Source: a virus
Lineage: Duplodnaviria > Caudoviricetes
Length of the DNA stretch: 64,000 bases
Direction: 5' to 3' (one strand)
IMG/VR virus record: IMGVR_UViG_3300025066_000007
The notes under the pieces were generated by a model. That model did not search any database and had not been told where the DNA came from. It saw only the letters and a program-made list of their open reading frames with translations. The position numbers and the translations under genes were made by a program. Every line of letters begins with the position of its first letter. Position 1 is the first letter of the stretch. This document shows, in pieces, positions 48,496 to 57,965 of this stretch.

Positions 48496-49188
48496 CTAAA
48501 GTAACATGAACTCTAATGTGCCAATGGAGGAGGACGGCGGCCCCGTACAAATTGCAACGCCAGGATGGCTTTCGGTAGGCTGAGAGGAGGTAAGCTTCCC
48601 GTCTAGCCCAATATAAAGAGTTGTGTTTAGCGGGTAGGCTTGAGTTGTGTCAAATTGATCAGTAGCATATATTCCACGTTGATAATGGATCGTTATTCGG
48701 CCACTTCCAACTGTAGTATCATCACCGGGCTTTCCGGCTATTCTGTAAATATAGTTTACTATGATTCTAAAGCTGTCATTCGTTCCGTCTTCTGTTGAGT
48801 CATAGTTTGGCTCAGTTCCAGCGGGAATGGTAACGATTCCATTTACAGAATTCAAAACAACAGAAGTAGTTGCAGTAAAGCTATTGTCTATAATATTGGG
48901 ATACTCAAGAACTCCAGTTACATCAACTGTGGATACTCGTTTTCCATTTGCATCAATAGTCGATGCTTGAGCGTCTACCAATATAACTTCGTCTACCTGT
49001 GCGCTAGTAAATGCGGATGTTCTAACATCATCTATGATTCCTAATGGAGCTGTTCCATCACTTACACTGGCAACTATATCATTTCCTATCAGTCCAAGTT
49101 GAGCAAACATTCCTGGCTCAAACTCTGCGGTTGGATCAACAGAAAGACTCATAGGAAGAGCGTTACCACTATGAATAACTTTTAGCAA
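48496..49188 (-). CDS. Second capsid decoration-like protein (paralog of 45254..45889)
   Basis: 230 aa with 'TVGSGRITIHYQRGIYATDQFD...LYIGLDGKLT'. Confidence 0.55.
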   Translation of the reverse strand: MLKVIHSGNALPMSLSVDPTAEFEPGMFAQLGLIGNDIVASVSDGTAPLGIIDDVRTSAFTSAQVDEVILVDAQASTIDANGKRVSTVDVTGVLEYPNIIDNSFTATTSVVLNSVNGIVTIPAGTEPNYDSTEDGTNDSFRIIVNYIYRIAGKPGDDTTVGSGRITIHYQRGIYATDQFDTTQAYPLNTTLYIGLDGKLTSSQPTESHPGVAICTGPPSSSIGTLEFMLL

Positions 49189-49203
49189 TTTATTTCTCCA
49201 TTA

Positions 49204-49235
49204 AAAAAGGGAGGAGATAACTCTCCTCCCTTTTT
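49204..49235 (-). terminator. Rho-independent terminator
   Basis: aaaaagggaggaga-taac-tctcctcccttttt. Confidence 0.85.
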
Positions 49236-49260
49236 ATTTTACTATTAATAGGAAATTTCT

Positions 49261-49773
49261 TTAAGCAATTTTACTCATAGTAGAAAGAACCATGTCCGCA
49301 GCAAACTGATCCCCAGAATCGCTTAACTCTTTTGCCATTTTGCTCAAAGAGTCAGTTATCTCGGTCTTTTTCGCTGCTTCTTTTTTGAAGTCTCCAATTA
49401 TGCTCTTTGCAGTAGCCTCTACTACATCCGCAGCAAAAGACTCTCCCTTATTACTTAGATCTTTAGAAATCTTCTTGAGACCATCGATAATATGTTTTGC
49501 TCTTGCAGTCAGAACTAAGCCTTCACTTGCGTAAGAGTCTAGTCCTGAAACATCAATTAAATCGGAAGCATAATGCTCCCTCTCTTCTTCGGAGTCCAAA
49601 ATTAGGTCTTCTAGCTCAGAATCTGAAACAACATTTTCAGCTTCCGCAGGAGCCTCCTCCAAGGAAGCCGTCTTAACAACGGCTTCCTTGGCTGGAGTGC
49701 GCGGTGCGGCGCCCTTCAATAGCCCTGCAAATTCCTGAGCAATATTATCTCCATTCTTTTTTAGGCTATACAT
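49261..49773 (-). CDS. Head-associated protein with two copies of the shared helical tag
   Basis: 'LKKISKDLSNKGESFAADVV' and 'LSKMAKELSDSGDQFAADMV'. Confidence 0.7.
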   Translation of the reverse strand: MYSLKKNGDNIAQEFAGLLKGAAPRTPAKEAVVKTASLEEAPAEAENVVSDSELEDLILDSEEEREHYASDLIDVSGLDSYASEGLVLTARAKHIIDGLKKISKDLSNKGESFAADVVEATAKSIIGDFKKEAAKKTEITDSLSKMAKELSDSGDQFAADMVLSTMSKIA

Positions 49774-49782
49774 GACTTCTCC

Positions 49783-52700
49783 TTACTCGTCCCAGAGTGA
49801 AGATAGGGAATCGGCAGACATAGGCCCCGGCACGCTTGCAGTGTTATCTTCAGTTTTAACGCCAATATTTAGGCCGCCGAGATCAGATGCAATCTTAACT
49901 GTCCCAACTGAGCGTGCGCTTGCAATGCTCCTCTTAAACGCCTCAAAGGCATTGTTGTCGAAAGACATGATCTCATCTACCTGTCGGTCCAAAGAAGCCT
50001 TAGATGACGGCAACAGACCCTTGGTTTGCATTTCTAGACCAACATCATACGCTCTACGAAGCTTGATTCGATATTCTTCCCTAGCTTCATTTGCACGCTT
50101 CTCTTCCATCTTACTCGCAAGCGCAGCCTTTAGTGCTCCACTCTTATCGGAAGCCTCAACTTCTAGATCATCCTCAGCTTCGTTAACAACCGCATCAGCA
50201 GCTTCGTTAACAACCGCATCGTCAGCTTCGTTAACAACCGCATCAGCAGCTTCGTTAACAACCGCATCGTCAGCGCAGGATTCTGCTCCCATTTCGTCAG
50301 AGTCTTCGTCCATTGCTTTCTTATTTAGCTTGTCGGCTGCGAATCTACTTTCCGCTTGCTTTAGGATGGCTTCCCGGCGATCCCTTCTTAGCTGCATAGC
50401 CGCAGTAACCAGCTCTTCTGTGCCATCATCCGCGAGGTCTTCCATTGGTTCTTCCGCTGCTGGATCATCCATAAGGTCATCAGCAAGATTAACAGTTGAA
50501 TCCACAGCCATATCCTCTGTCGGAGCGAAATCTTCTGCCATATCCATTGCAAGTCGAACAATTGCCTTCGCCTCACCGGTCGCCCTATCAGCGTCCTTAA
50601 TCGCATCACTTGCAAGCTTTCTAAACTCAATTTTCTGAGCAGAGGATAGCTTGCTAATATTATCAAAGGTTTCTGCCACCATAGAGAGCTCATCTGCAGA
50701 TCCATCAAGACGCTCGAAGGCCGTCTTCAGATTGGTAAGCATCTTAGATGATAGTGCTGTCATTTCTGCATCAGCACCCTCTGCAGCAGCGCCTTCTTCT
50801 CCGGTAAAGACATTGACGTCTACATCTGCAGTCCTTCCATCCTCAAGCTCGCTAACAAGATCTCTGACCTCATCGATTAGCTGCTCCATTTCAGCCAGCC
50901 TATTGTCGACTGCAGTTCCGGGCTCTTCCGGCTCTTCGTCCATCGGCATTTCAGCGTCTAGCTCCATCGGCATTTCGTCTTCCATCGGCATTTCTGCTTC
51001 CATCGGCATTTCTGCTTCCATTGGAGGCATAGCAGCCTCCTCCGGTGCAGCAGGCAACTCCTGAGCAGTCTTAAGCAAGCTGGTAACATGAGTTAATCCA
51101 GCAATGCGAATTTGAGAACAAACCTCGCGACCGTAATCACGGCTCTTTAGCCACTCCCAGTTATCCTCTAGGCTGGGCCCAAAGATCTCTTGGCCAGTAG
51201 CCGCGATCACCCTCTTGTCTCCAGCAAAAACCTCTAGGAGACTCGCCTTCTTGTCTACGGCTCCATTGAGAGCTCTTTTCACAGAGAATCTTGTGCTTAG
51301 CCCGGGGCCATTGTAAGCTGCTCGGCTCATCTTCTCTTTGACCTCCTTGTCGCCAGGGAACATGCCGGAATCTCCACCCATGCTTCCTGTCTGTAGCATG
51401 TGCTTGTCATCGCCATAAGTTTGCGGCTCACTCTTGTAGGTGTTGGGCTCAGCGCCTTCGGATCCGCCTTGCATGTAAGCCAAACGCTTTAGCTTACGCT
51501 CTTGGAGTTGAGCTCGACTCAGCTTCTCCTTTGTCTCCTTGTCGCCAGGGAACATGCCGGAATCTCCGCCCATGCTTCCTGTCTGTAGCATTTGCTTATC
51601 TTTGCTCTGCGCATCGGTAGGCTCACTCTTAAATGTGTTAGGCTCCGCACCCTCTGAGCCGCCCTGCATGTAAGCAATTCTACGGCGTAGCTCAGCTCTC
51701 TTCCTCAATCTTGACTCGTTCATAATATCCTCCACTATTGAATTAATTGAAAAGTCGTTAACAAAATCGCTGCTATCACCATTATTGGCAGTTTTAACGT
51801 GTTGATCTTGCTTACTGCTAATTACCGAAACAGCGGGCTCTCCACTGGCCGGAAAACTTAAAATATCATCCTCATCACCAGCGAAGTCAGGCTGGTCCCC
51901 TGTATCTCCGCCGCCAAGAAGTCCTATTCTAGATGTTGCAGCGCTTTGCTCTGCAACATCGCCTGGACCTCTTCCGTCTGAGTTTTCATAAGATGAAAAC
52001 TCCTCTCTGTTTGTGCCAGAGAGATCTGGTCGGAATTTCTCTTCCAGCTCCCCCATAAGCATCTTGATGACTCTCTTGACATCATCATTGACATTTGGAT
52101 CTCCCAAAAGACTAGCCGCATCGGGCATTGTCTTTAGGGTTTCTGCTATGTTTCTTGCCTCTTCTGATTCGTCAGTAAATGAAGTCTTTAAAAGACCATT
52201 ATTTTCTAGAAAACTTCTTACAATACGGTCTCTATCATCTACGGAGCAGCTATTATCTCCGCAGGCAGTTTTCATTATGCCATCCAAATGTTCCGCTTGC
52301 TTAAGGCTAAGCCTTCCTAACATTTCAGAAACATTGTCTACACCATAATTTGTAAATTCTTTTTTGTATTCCTGCAAGGAGGCTATACACTTTAGAAGGA
52401 CTGCTCCAGGCTCTGCAGGCTGAACCACTAGGCTGTACTCAATTGGCTTGAGCCCAACATTGACCTCTCCATGAGCAGCCCTGCTTGAGATGCACTTGCA
52501 GTATTCATTTTGATTTGTTGCTTTGTTTTGGCAATCTGAGCAGATAGAGGTTTCTACTGCTGTACCCATTGATCCGTATCGAACCATTCCGGTTTCAACC
52601 TTCCTGGCAAGGTCTGGATAGTTGACCTTATCAAGGGCGCAGAGTCCAACGACCTGCTTAAACTTCTCATCGTAATGGGTATCTAGAATGATTCCTCGTA

Positions 52701-53097
52701 TTCCGTCTACAGAGCTTGATTCGTGGTCTCTACAAAGCGGGAGGCCTATCCATTTTGATGTAGCCTTTTTTAGCTCAGATTCGGGGAATATATCGGAATT
52801 ATTATTTTTGTGAGCAGGAACATTGCCATGCCACTTCCAGTTTTGATCGAAAAAGCCCCAGGCGTCTTCCTTTCCTACTTTCTTTATCTTTCCCTCTCCG
52901 TCTATAAGGGCTGACTCTGCGGCCTTTAAAAAAATGATCGAAAAATATAGAAAGTCGTCAGACTTGGGAGCAATATTACGAAGGCTTTTTGCCAACTTTG
53001 TAAATCGTTTTACGATAACAGGATTTGCACATACGGCCTCGTGCGTATGTGTCTCTATATCGTAATTATTTGGAGAAAAGCATATCTTCTTTATCAT
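49783..53097 (-). CDS. Prohead protease fused to scaffolding protein
   Basis: 1104 aa. N-terminal 'WIGLPLCRDH...RGIILD...YGSMG...CSDC...YCKC...EYSLVVQPAEPGA' is protease-like (His and Ser motifs). It is followed by a long acidic, Met/Ala-rich helical scaffold with internal repeats. Confidence 0.75.
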   Translation of the reverse strand: MIKKICFSPNNYDIETHTHEAVCANPVIVKRFTKLAKSLRNIAPKSDDFLYFSIIFLKAAESALIDGEGKIKKVGKEDAWGFFDQNWKWHGNVPAHKNNNSDIFPESELKKATSKWIGLPLCRDHESSSVDGIRGIILDTHYDEKFKQVVGLCALDKVNYPDLARKVETGMVRYGSMGTAVETSICSDCQNKATNQNEYCKCISSRAAHGEVNVGLKPIEYSLVVQPAEPGAVLLKCIASLQEYKKEFTNYGVDNVSEMLGRLSLKQAEHLDGIMKTACGDNSCSVDDRDRIVRSFLENNGLLKTSFTDESEEARNIAETLKTMPDAASLLGDPNVNDDVKRVIKMLMGELEEKFRPDLSGTNREEFSSYENSDGRGPGDVAEQSAATSRIGLLGGGDTGDQPDFAGDEDDILSFPASGEPAVSVISSKQDQHVKTANNGDSSDFVNDFSINSIVEDIMNESRLRKRAELRRRIAYMQGGSEGAEPNTFKSEPTDAQSKDKQMLQTGSMGGDSGMFPGDKETKEKLSRAQLQERKLKRLAYMQGGSEGAEPNTYKSEPQTYGDDKHMLQTGSMGGDSGMFPGDKEVKEKMSRAAYNGPGLSTRFSVKRALNGAVDKKASLLEVFAGDKRVIAATGQEIFGPSLEDNWEWLKSRDYGREVCSQIRIAGLTHVTSLLKTAQELPAAPEEAAMPPMEAEMPMEAEMPMEDEMPMELDAEMPMDEEPEEPGTAVDNRLAEMEQLIDEVRDLVSELEDGRTADVDVNVFTGEEGAAAEGADAEMTALSSKMLTNLKTAFERLDGSADELSMVAETFDNISKLSSAQKIEFRKLASDAIKDADRATGEAKAIVRLAMDMAEDFAPTEDMAVDSTVNLADDLMDDPAAEEPMEDLADDGTEELVTAAMQLRRDRREAILKQAESRFAADKLNKKAMDEDSDEMGAESCADDAVVNEAADAVVNEADDAVVNEAADAVVNEAEDDLEVEASDKSGALKAALASKMEEKRANEAREEYRIKLRRAYDVGLEMQTKGLLPSSKASLDRQVDEIMSFDNNAFEAFKRSIASARSVGTVKIASDLGGLNIGVKTEDNTASVPGPMSADSLSSLWDE
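50175..50274. repeat. 4 x 24-bp tandem repeat (2 x 48-bp higher order), encoding A(D/A)DAVVNE
   Basis: cagcttcgttaacaaccgcatc(ag/gt), alternating. Confidence 0.95.
50939..51020. repeat. Imperfect 18-bp tandem repeat encoding EMPMEA/ED
   Basis: Repeated ccatcggcatttc unit; peptide MPMEAEMPMEAEMPMEDEMPMELDAEMPMD. Confidence 0.85.
51319..51675 (-). repeat. 195-bp period (65-aa) internal duplication in the scaffold region
   Basis: AYMQGGSEGAEPNT(F/Y)KSEP...DK(Q/H)MLQTGSMGGDSGMFPGDKE(T/V)KEK(L/M)SRA. Units start at 51675 and 51480. Confidence 0.92.
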
Positions 53098-53183
53098 AAA
53101 AAACCTTATAAGAATTAATCAAGTATTTATACAAATATTAGTTTTATGACTTTTTGTGTAATATTTTTTTGAATAACATATTT

Positions 53184-53369
53184 TTATTCGGCTTCATCAT
53201 CATCTAGGTAGGTATTTAGAATCTCAATTCTTCTATCATCCACATCTTTGCTGTCACTTTTCTTATATAAATTGATAGTATCGAAGTCTTCATTGAGCTC
53301 ACTACTATATCCATCCTTAGATGTTTTCACTATGATTTTCTTTGTTTTATCACTAAATTTTATAAACAT
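53184..53369 (-). CDS. Small hypothetical protein
   Basis: 61 aa in the operon with normal spacing. Confidence 0.6.
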   Translation of the reverse strand: MFIKFSDKTKKIIVKTSKDGYSSELNEDFDTINLYKKSDSKDVDDRRIEILNTYLDDDEAE

Positions 53370-53377
53370 ATTTGCGC

Positions 53378-55654
53378 CTAATTGGATAGTATTATCATAC
53401 CCAAAATGTTTTTCGTTATGTACTCTTTTGCTCTATCGAGAATAGTCCTTAGATCTTTTAGAGCTATAACGGTAATGCCAGTATTGGAGTCTAGAGTTTG
53501 TACGAAGTCTGGAGAGCCAAGATTGTCTGAGAGATCAAAGACATCCTTTATAGAGTCTGAAAATGATTTCGAAGACCCAGCGATACTACTTATTATCTCC
53601 TCAGTTGTAGAAGCGTCTTGTATCTCGTTCAGGATTCTAATTCCCTCCTGAATGTTGAGAAGGCATTTCTTCGCAATTTTAGAATTACGTTTGCAGGACT
53701 CTCTGTACTCACCCTTGCTATTCTTGATTACGCCCGGCTTATCAGCCAGCTGCTGATAAACAGAAACATTTTGATTAAGATTATCAGCAAGCTCCGTGCA
53801 AGAGTCTTTTGCCCTACTGAAATATCTTGCTGCCTTTTTTGCAACTTCTTTTGTGTGATCAGAAACTGGAGCTCCAGCCGCCTTGGAGAGCTCCCCAGCC
53901 CTCAGGAGAGTGCTGCAATTAGGATATCTGCTCGCTAGTGCGCTTAGACAGTTATTATCATCAAAATTTCGAGGAACTCTTATGAAGTCCGCATTCAAGG
54001 AAAAGCTTTCATCTTGGGTAATTCCTCTTATTTTTGCATTTAAAAGCTCTGTTGCTAACTTGATATTTAGATCGCCTCTATATATAAAGGAGATCTTGCT
54101 TAAAATATTAGACGAATCTTTATAGATGCGCTTCAAATATAGATCCTCATGTTCGTTAGCATTAATGCTTCGAGCATATTTTAGAGCATCAAGGGCATAT
54201 TTTCTGTTAATTTTTCCAAAGAAACCATTTTCGATAAGAGCTTCTTCTGAAACTCTTATAAAGTCCCCCTTTGTAGAAAATGTCTCTCCGAATAGACTTA
54301 CCGCAATTTTAGTAAGATCGCTAGTCTCTTCCCGTCTATATAGGCTTGCCTCTTTTGAGTCAAAGATGAAATTCAAATCATAACAAATGACTTTAGTTTT
54401 TTCTACATTGTAATTCTTAGCGTTTTTAATAAGAGATGTTGCTGTTGTATTTTCTGAATTTTTCAAATATAAATTGAAGTTATAAAGGTTATAAAAAGAG
54501 TTCTCTGCATAAGAGGACTCTTTGTAAATACATCTATCTAGCCCTGCCGCCTCTAGTATTCGAGATTCTTTCTTAAAAGTTTCAGAGATCTGCTCTCCAT
54601 AATTTAAGAATAATTTCTCTCCAATCTCGATGCCTATCTCTTTGGCTGCTCCGGCAGAAAGTTCCAAAACTGTCTTTGTATTGGCCGATCCAAATATCTC
54701 TAGAGATCCAGGCTCTATATTTCTGCAGAGCTTAACAACAGTGTCATTTTCATCTAGAAAAGCAACATCAATAGGAAAGTTGACAGTTCCCATGTGAAAC
54801 ATCACGTCTGTAGGCCTGCTGTACTTAAAGATCAACCCGCATCTATCTAAGAGGCCCGAGTAGGCCTGCAGGCCTATTGTTCGCTCCATATGGGTATCTG
54901 CAACGTCACATTCAAATATGGATAATTCCTTCTTGTCTAAATTGTAATATCGAATAACTGCAATTTTGTTTAAATCATTTTTCTTTATTAAAAACTTCGT
55001 AGTTTCGCCCGAATGCTTTTTGATAATTTCAAAATTACACTTTTTAACTATAGTCTCAAGATCAAAAGAGCCATTAGAGACAATGAGGCCATACGCCATA
55101 GGCCTCATCTGGCTGTAAATGTTTCTCAAAGATATTTCGGCAACCTCTGCGTTATCGAAGGATGATTCGGACAAAACTCCATCCAGCTTATATCTTCCCT
55201 TATAAAACATTGGATCGCTAGCTTCTACAGGAAAGCTTAAGAGATTAACTCCATGAGGATAAGCATCTTTCTGTAAAGAAACTACGTTATGACCTCTAGC
55301 CGCCAATGAGTTAAGGGCCGGAATGCTTTGTCTTCCTATTCCAAGAATATTAGAGCCCTTTCTCATTAAAGAGCAGAAGGCACTTGCTAAGACATCTAGG
55401 TCTTCATCCTCTTTATCATCGGCCTCCATATCATCTGCGGAATCCTGAAGAGGAGAGAGCATGCCCTCTGAATACGAAGTTGGAACCTGATGTTCTGGGC
55501 CGGAGCTTTTTTGATGGTCTAATAAACCGTAATTCTGCGTAGAAAAGTCTCCGAAATCATTAGGCCCTTCGATATCTGAGTAATCCCCCTTGGGAGACAT
55601 CGAGCCCATTTCCGCTTCTGCACTTCCTGTATATGGCCAAGATACTTTGTTCAT
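53378..55654 (-). CDS. Multidomain protein: degenerate class I SAM-methyltransferase-like fold plus DUF192-like domain
   Basis: 'FECDVADTHMERTIGLQ...GLIFKY...FHMGTVNFPIDVAFLD' is DUF192-like. Upstream 'SNILGIGRQS...LAARGHNVVSL...KLDGVLS...LRNIYSQMRP' is MTase-like with the Gly-rich motif eroded. Confidence 0.65.
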   Translation of the reverse strand: MNKVSWPYTGSAEAEMGSMSPKGDYSDIEGPNDFGDFSTQNYGLLDHQKSSGPEHQVPTSYSEGMLSPLQDSADDMEADDKEDEDLDVLASAFCSLMRKGSNILGIGRQSIPALNSLAARGHNVVSLQKDAYPHGVNLLSFPVEASDPMFYKGRYKLDGVLSESSFDNAEVAEISLRNIYSQMRPMAYGLIVSNGSFDLETIVKKCNFEIIKKHSGETTKFLIKKNDLNKIAVIRYYNLDKKELSIFECDVADTHMERTIGLQAYSGLLDRCGLIFKYSRPTDVMFHMGTVNFPIDVAFLDENDTVVKLCRNIEPGSLEIFGSANTKTVLELSAGAAKEIGIEIGEKLFLNYGEQISETFKKESRILEAAGLDRCIYKESSYAENSFYNLYNFNLYLKNSENTTATSLIKNAKNYNVEKTKVICYDLNFIFDSKEASLYRREETSDLTKIAVSLFGETFSTKGDFIRVSEEALIENGFFGKINRKYALDALKYARSINANEHEDLYLKRIYKDSSNILSKISFIYRGDLNIKLATELLNAKIRGITQDESFSLNADFIRVPRNFDDNNCLSALASRYPNCSTLLRAGELSKAAGAPVSDHTKEVAKKAARYFSRAKDSCTELADNLNQNVSVYQQLADKPGVIKNSKGEYRESCKRNSKIAKKCLLNIQEGIRILNEIQDASTTEEIISSIAGSSKSFSDSIKDVFDLSDNLGSPDFVQTLDSNTGITVIALKDLRTILDRAKEYITKNILGMIILSN

Positions 55655-55693
55655 TATAAATCCTATATATTTTACTGTTTAAAATAGCAGATT

Positions 55694-56020
55694 CTATAAT
55701 CTGGAAGATAATTCACTTAAAACGATATTTATGAAATAAGGATCCTTACTATTCAACACATTCTTAATAAGACCCAAGCTGACGCCGATAGAAGCTCCGC
55801 CTGGACTCTTCTTGTTGGAAAGTTCCATTCTATTAAATTCAGAAATTTTATTTTTAATATTGTGAAAAGACTTTCCTCTAGACTCTGGGGCCATGCCGCT
55901 AATCATTATCTTAATGATGTTATGAAGTTGCTCTGCAACATATACCGCATTCTGTTCTAGCATTTGCGCTTCCTTAATAAGCTCGGGGTCGCTCAACTGT
56001 CTTGCGCTATACTCAAACAT
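55694..56020 (-). CDS. Hypothetical head-region protein
   Basis: 108 aa, overlapping the upstream gene. Confidence 0.7.
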   Translation of the reverse strand: MFEYSARQLSDPELIKEAQMLEQNAVYVAEQLHNIIKIMISGMAPESRGKSFHNIKNKISEFNRMELSNKKSPGGASIGVSLGLIKNVLNSKDPYFINIVLSELSSRL

Positions 56021-56579
56021 GACCTACCACCATCTGTGCGACTACATGATATGCGGCATTATGAGCTTCTGATTCGGACCCTCCATCTTCCACAGACTCT
56101 ATTAACAAAGAGTTATATTCTTTTACAATCGACTTTATAAGAGATTGTTTTCCCATAATGTCAGAATTATTGATTTTTATAAGCAGATCTTTCAGAAGAA
56201 CTTGGTAGTCTAAATTTTTTTGTTGTGCTATTTTCTGAATTAAAAAATCTGCAAAGTTAGAATACCTGTATTCCTCCTGCTTGTCCATTCCATCAGAAAG
56301 ATCTATTAGAAGAGCTAGGAGCTTATCATACTCTAAGTCATGTGTTTTTCGTTTTTTCTTTGGAAATTCTTCACGATCTTCGGCCTCTGAATGAGTTGCA
56401 GGCATTACTGACTCTCCTGGCATGACCAAGCCTCTTCCTACTCCATTTCCAGCATCTCCAGAGAGCCCTTCTTCGCCAGACGCTTGCCCTGGCAAATTTA
56501 AATTGAATTCGGTATTCAATCTTTCCAATCGCTTATTTCTATAAGATTTTTTATCCATTTTATTTTTTAACTTTGCCAA
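56013..56579 (-). CDS. Hypothetical head-region protein
   Basis: 188 aa with a weak tag match 'LIDLSDGMDKQEEYRYSNFA'. Confidence 0.7.
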   Translation of the reverse strand: MAKLKNKMDKKSYRNKRLERLNTEFNLNLPGQASGEEGLSGDAGNGVGRGLVMPGESVMPATHSEAEDREEFPKKKRKTHDLEYDKLLALLIDLSDGMDKQEEYRYSNFADFLIQKIAQQKNLDYQVLLKDLLIKINNSDIMGKQSLIKSIVKEYNSLLIESVEDGGSESEAHNAAYHVVAQMVVGHV

Positions 56580-57963
56580 ATCCCTTTGACGTCACTTTTG
56601 AGGCGAGAGATTTGGCCTTCATTTTCTTGGGCCTAAATCTCTTTCCTTTGGAATCTGTTAGATATCCTGTGCCCGCAACTAAATCAGTTGGGGTAAACGA
56701 AATCTTCTCACCGCTTGGAGAACTAGCTTCATATAGTGGCGATGTTGTTGCATAAGAAAGCTTTTTGAGCTGATCTGTCTTGCTTGCAGTAACTTCTTCC
56801 TCCATATGTGCGCTACTACCACTTCTTTCAACTTTAAAAATAAACTGAGAGCCTGCTTTTCGCGCCTGAGCAACCGCTCTTGCTCTGACTATAACTTTGA
56901 CTATATTAATCTTGCCATACTCTGTTATAGCAGAAGAATAGCTTCCCCTATCTTCTAATGCTGAAGAAATTTTTATCTGCCTACTATTAAGAAGTGATTC
57001 CAATATTTCTTTGGAGTCAAATCCTCCCACATCTCTGTTAAACTCAATCCCAAAAACAAGATCTTCTAATAAAGGGTCCGCCACTCTATGAGGGCTTTCT
57101 GGCAGCCCTCCGTCCTCCTGACTAAAGCCTTGAAAGGGGATAATCTGTCTGATGCGCAGACTCTCTATGTCAAGAGGAAGGGTTGTCGTGGGCGCTTCGG
57201 GATTTTTTCCCTTTTTTCTAGCCTTATCCTTCTTTTCTGTTTGTGAAACTTGAGGCTTAAAGTTGATACGAGCAGGCTCATAGGCATCTAAGAATGACTT
57301 CAAGCTTACTATTGAGTAATAAAGCCTAGATAAACTTTCGTCATTATCTTTTTCTTTATGCTCATTGAAACTTTCTTTTAAGGCTTGGAATAAGCTTACT
57401 AAATGGGGAATCATTTCTTTCGTAATGATATAAGCTGGACTATTTTTTCTCAAAAACGATATTTTGTTTTTAGACAAAATTAATCGACTAATCATATCGC
57501 TATGTGCGTCATGAACGTTCTCATCAGAAAGTCTATCTTTTTCAGATTCCTTTTGGAATCTATAGAGCGGATCAAATCTTCCAACGTAAATAGTTCTAGC
57601 TTCCGTCATAATTTTTCGGAATTCTTCTTTGGCTTTTTTGTTATATTCGCTGTTGTATTCTACTCCCAGATTTTTCTTTGACTTAATCCTTCCGATCAAA
57701 GGATTGACGGAAGGGCTGCCTCCCGATAGGAGCGACACAAAGGCAGAAGACATTCTATCTGAAACATCTACCTCTTTTGTCCCCAGAAGCCCTTTTCCGC
57801 CAGCCTCCTTTAGGCCAGCCTCAATAAGCATCAAGGCGGTCCGCTTGGCCCTCTCCTCCTTTCTCTTCTCAATCTCATTTGCTTGAGCATCATTTTCCGG
57901 CGAGCTTTCTTCCGAGACTATAGGCGATGGCTCCGGAAGCTCTTCTTCTCCAAGCTTTTTCAT
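56560..57963 (-). CDS. Hypothetical protein
   Basis: 467 aa directly downstream of the portal gene. Confidence 0.75.
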   Translation of the reverse strand: MKKLGEEELPEPSPIVSEESSPENDAQANEIEKRKEERAKRTALMLIEAGLKEAGGKGLLGTKEVDVSDRMSSAFVSLLSGGSPSVNPLIGRIKSKKNLGVEYNSEYNKKAKEEFRKIMTEARTIYVGRFDPLYRFQKESEKDRLSDENVHDAHSDMISRLILSKNKISFLRKNSPAYIITKEMIPHLVSLFQALKESFNEHKEKDNDESLSRLYYSIVSLKSFLDAYEPARINFKPQVSQTEKKDKARKKGKNPEAPTTTLPLDIESLRIRQIIPFQGFSQEDGGLPESPHRVADPLLEDLVFGIEFNRDVGGFDSKEILESLLNSRQIKISSALEDRGSYSSAITEYGKINIVKVIVRARAVAQARKAGSQFIFKVERSGSSAHMEEEVTASKTDQLKKLSYATTSPLYEASSPSGEKISFTPTDLVAGTGYLTDSKGKRFRPKKMKAKSLASKVTSKGFGKVKK

Positions 57964-57965
57964 CT

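Noticed and set aside
50175-50274. Short direct repeats as a possible CRISPR mini-array or iterons
   Set aside because: The units are contiguous with no spacers and encode an in-frame acidic peptide repeat in the scaffold.
49772-50638. 288-aa plus-strand ORF, and the many other plus-strand ORFs in the track (e.g. 806..1291, 14226..14861, 50651..51064)
   Set aside because: They are antisense shadows of long minus-strand genes, with Ser-rich low-complexity translations and no SD or motif support.
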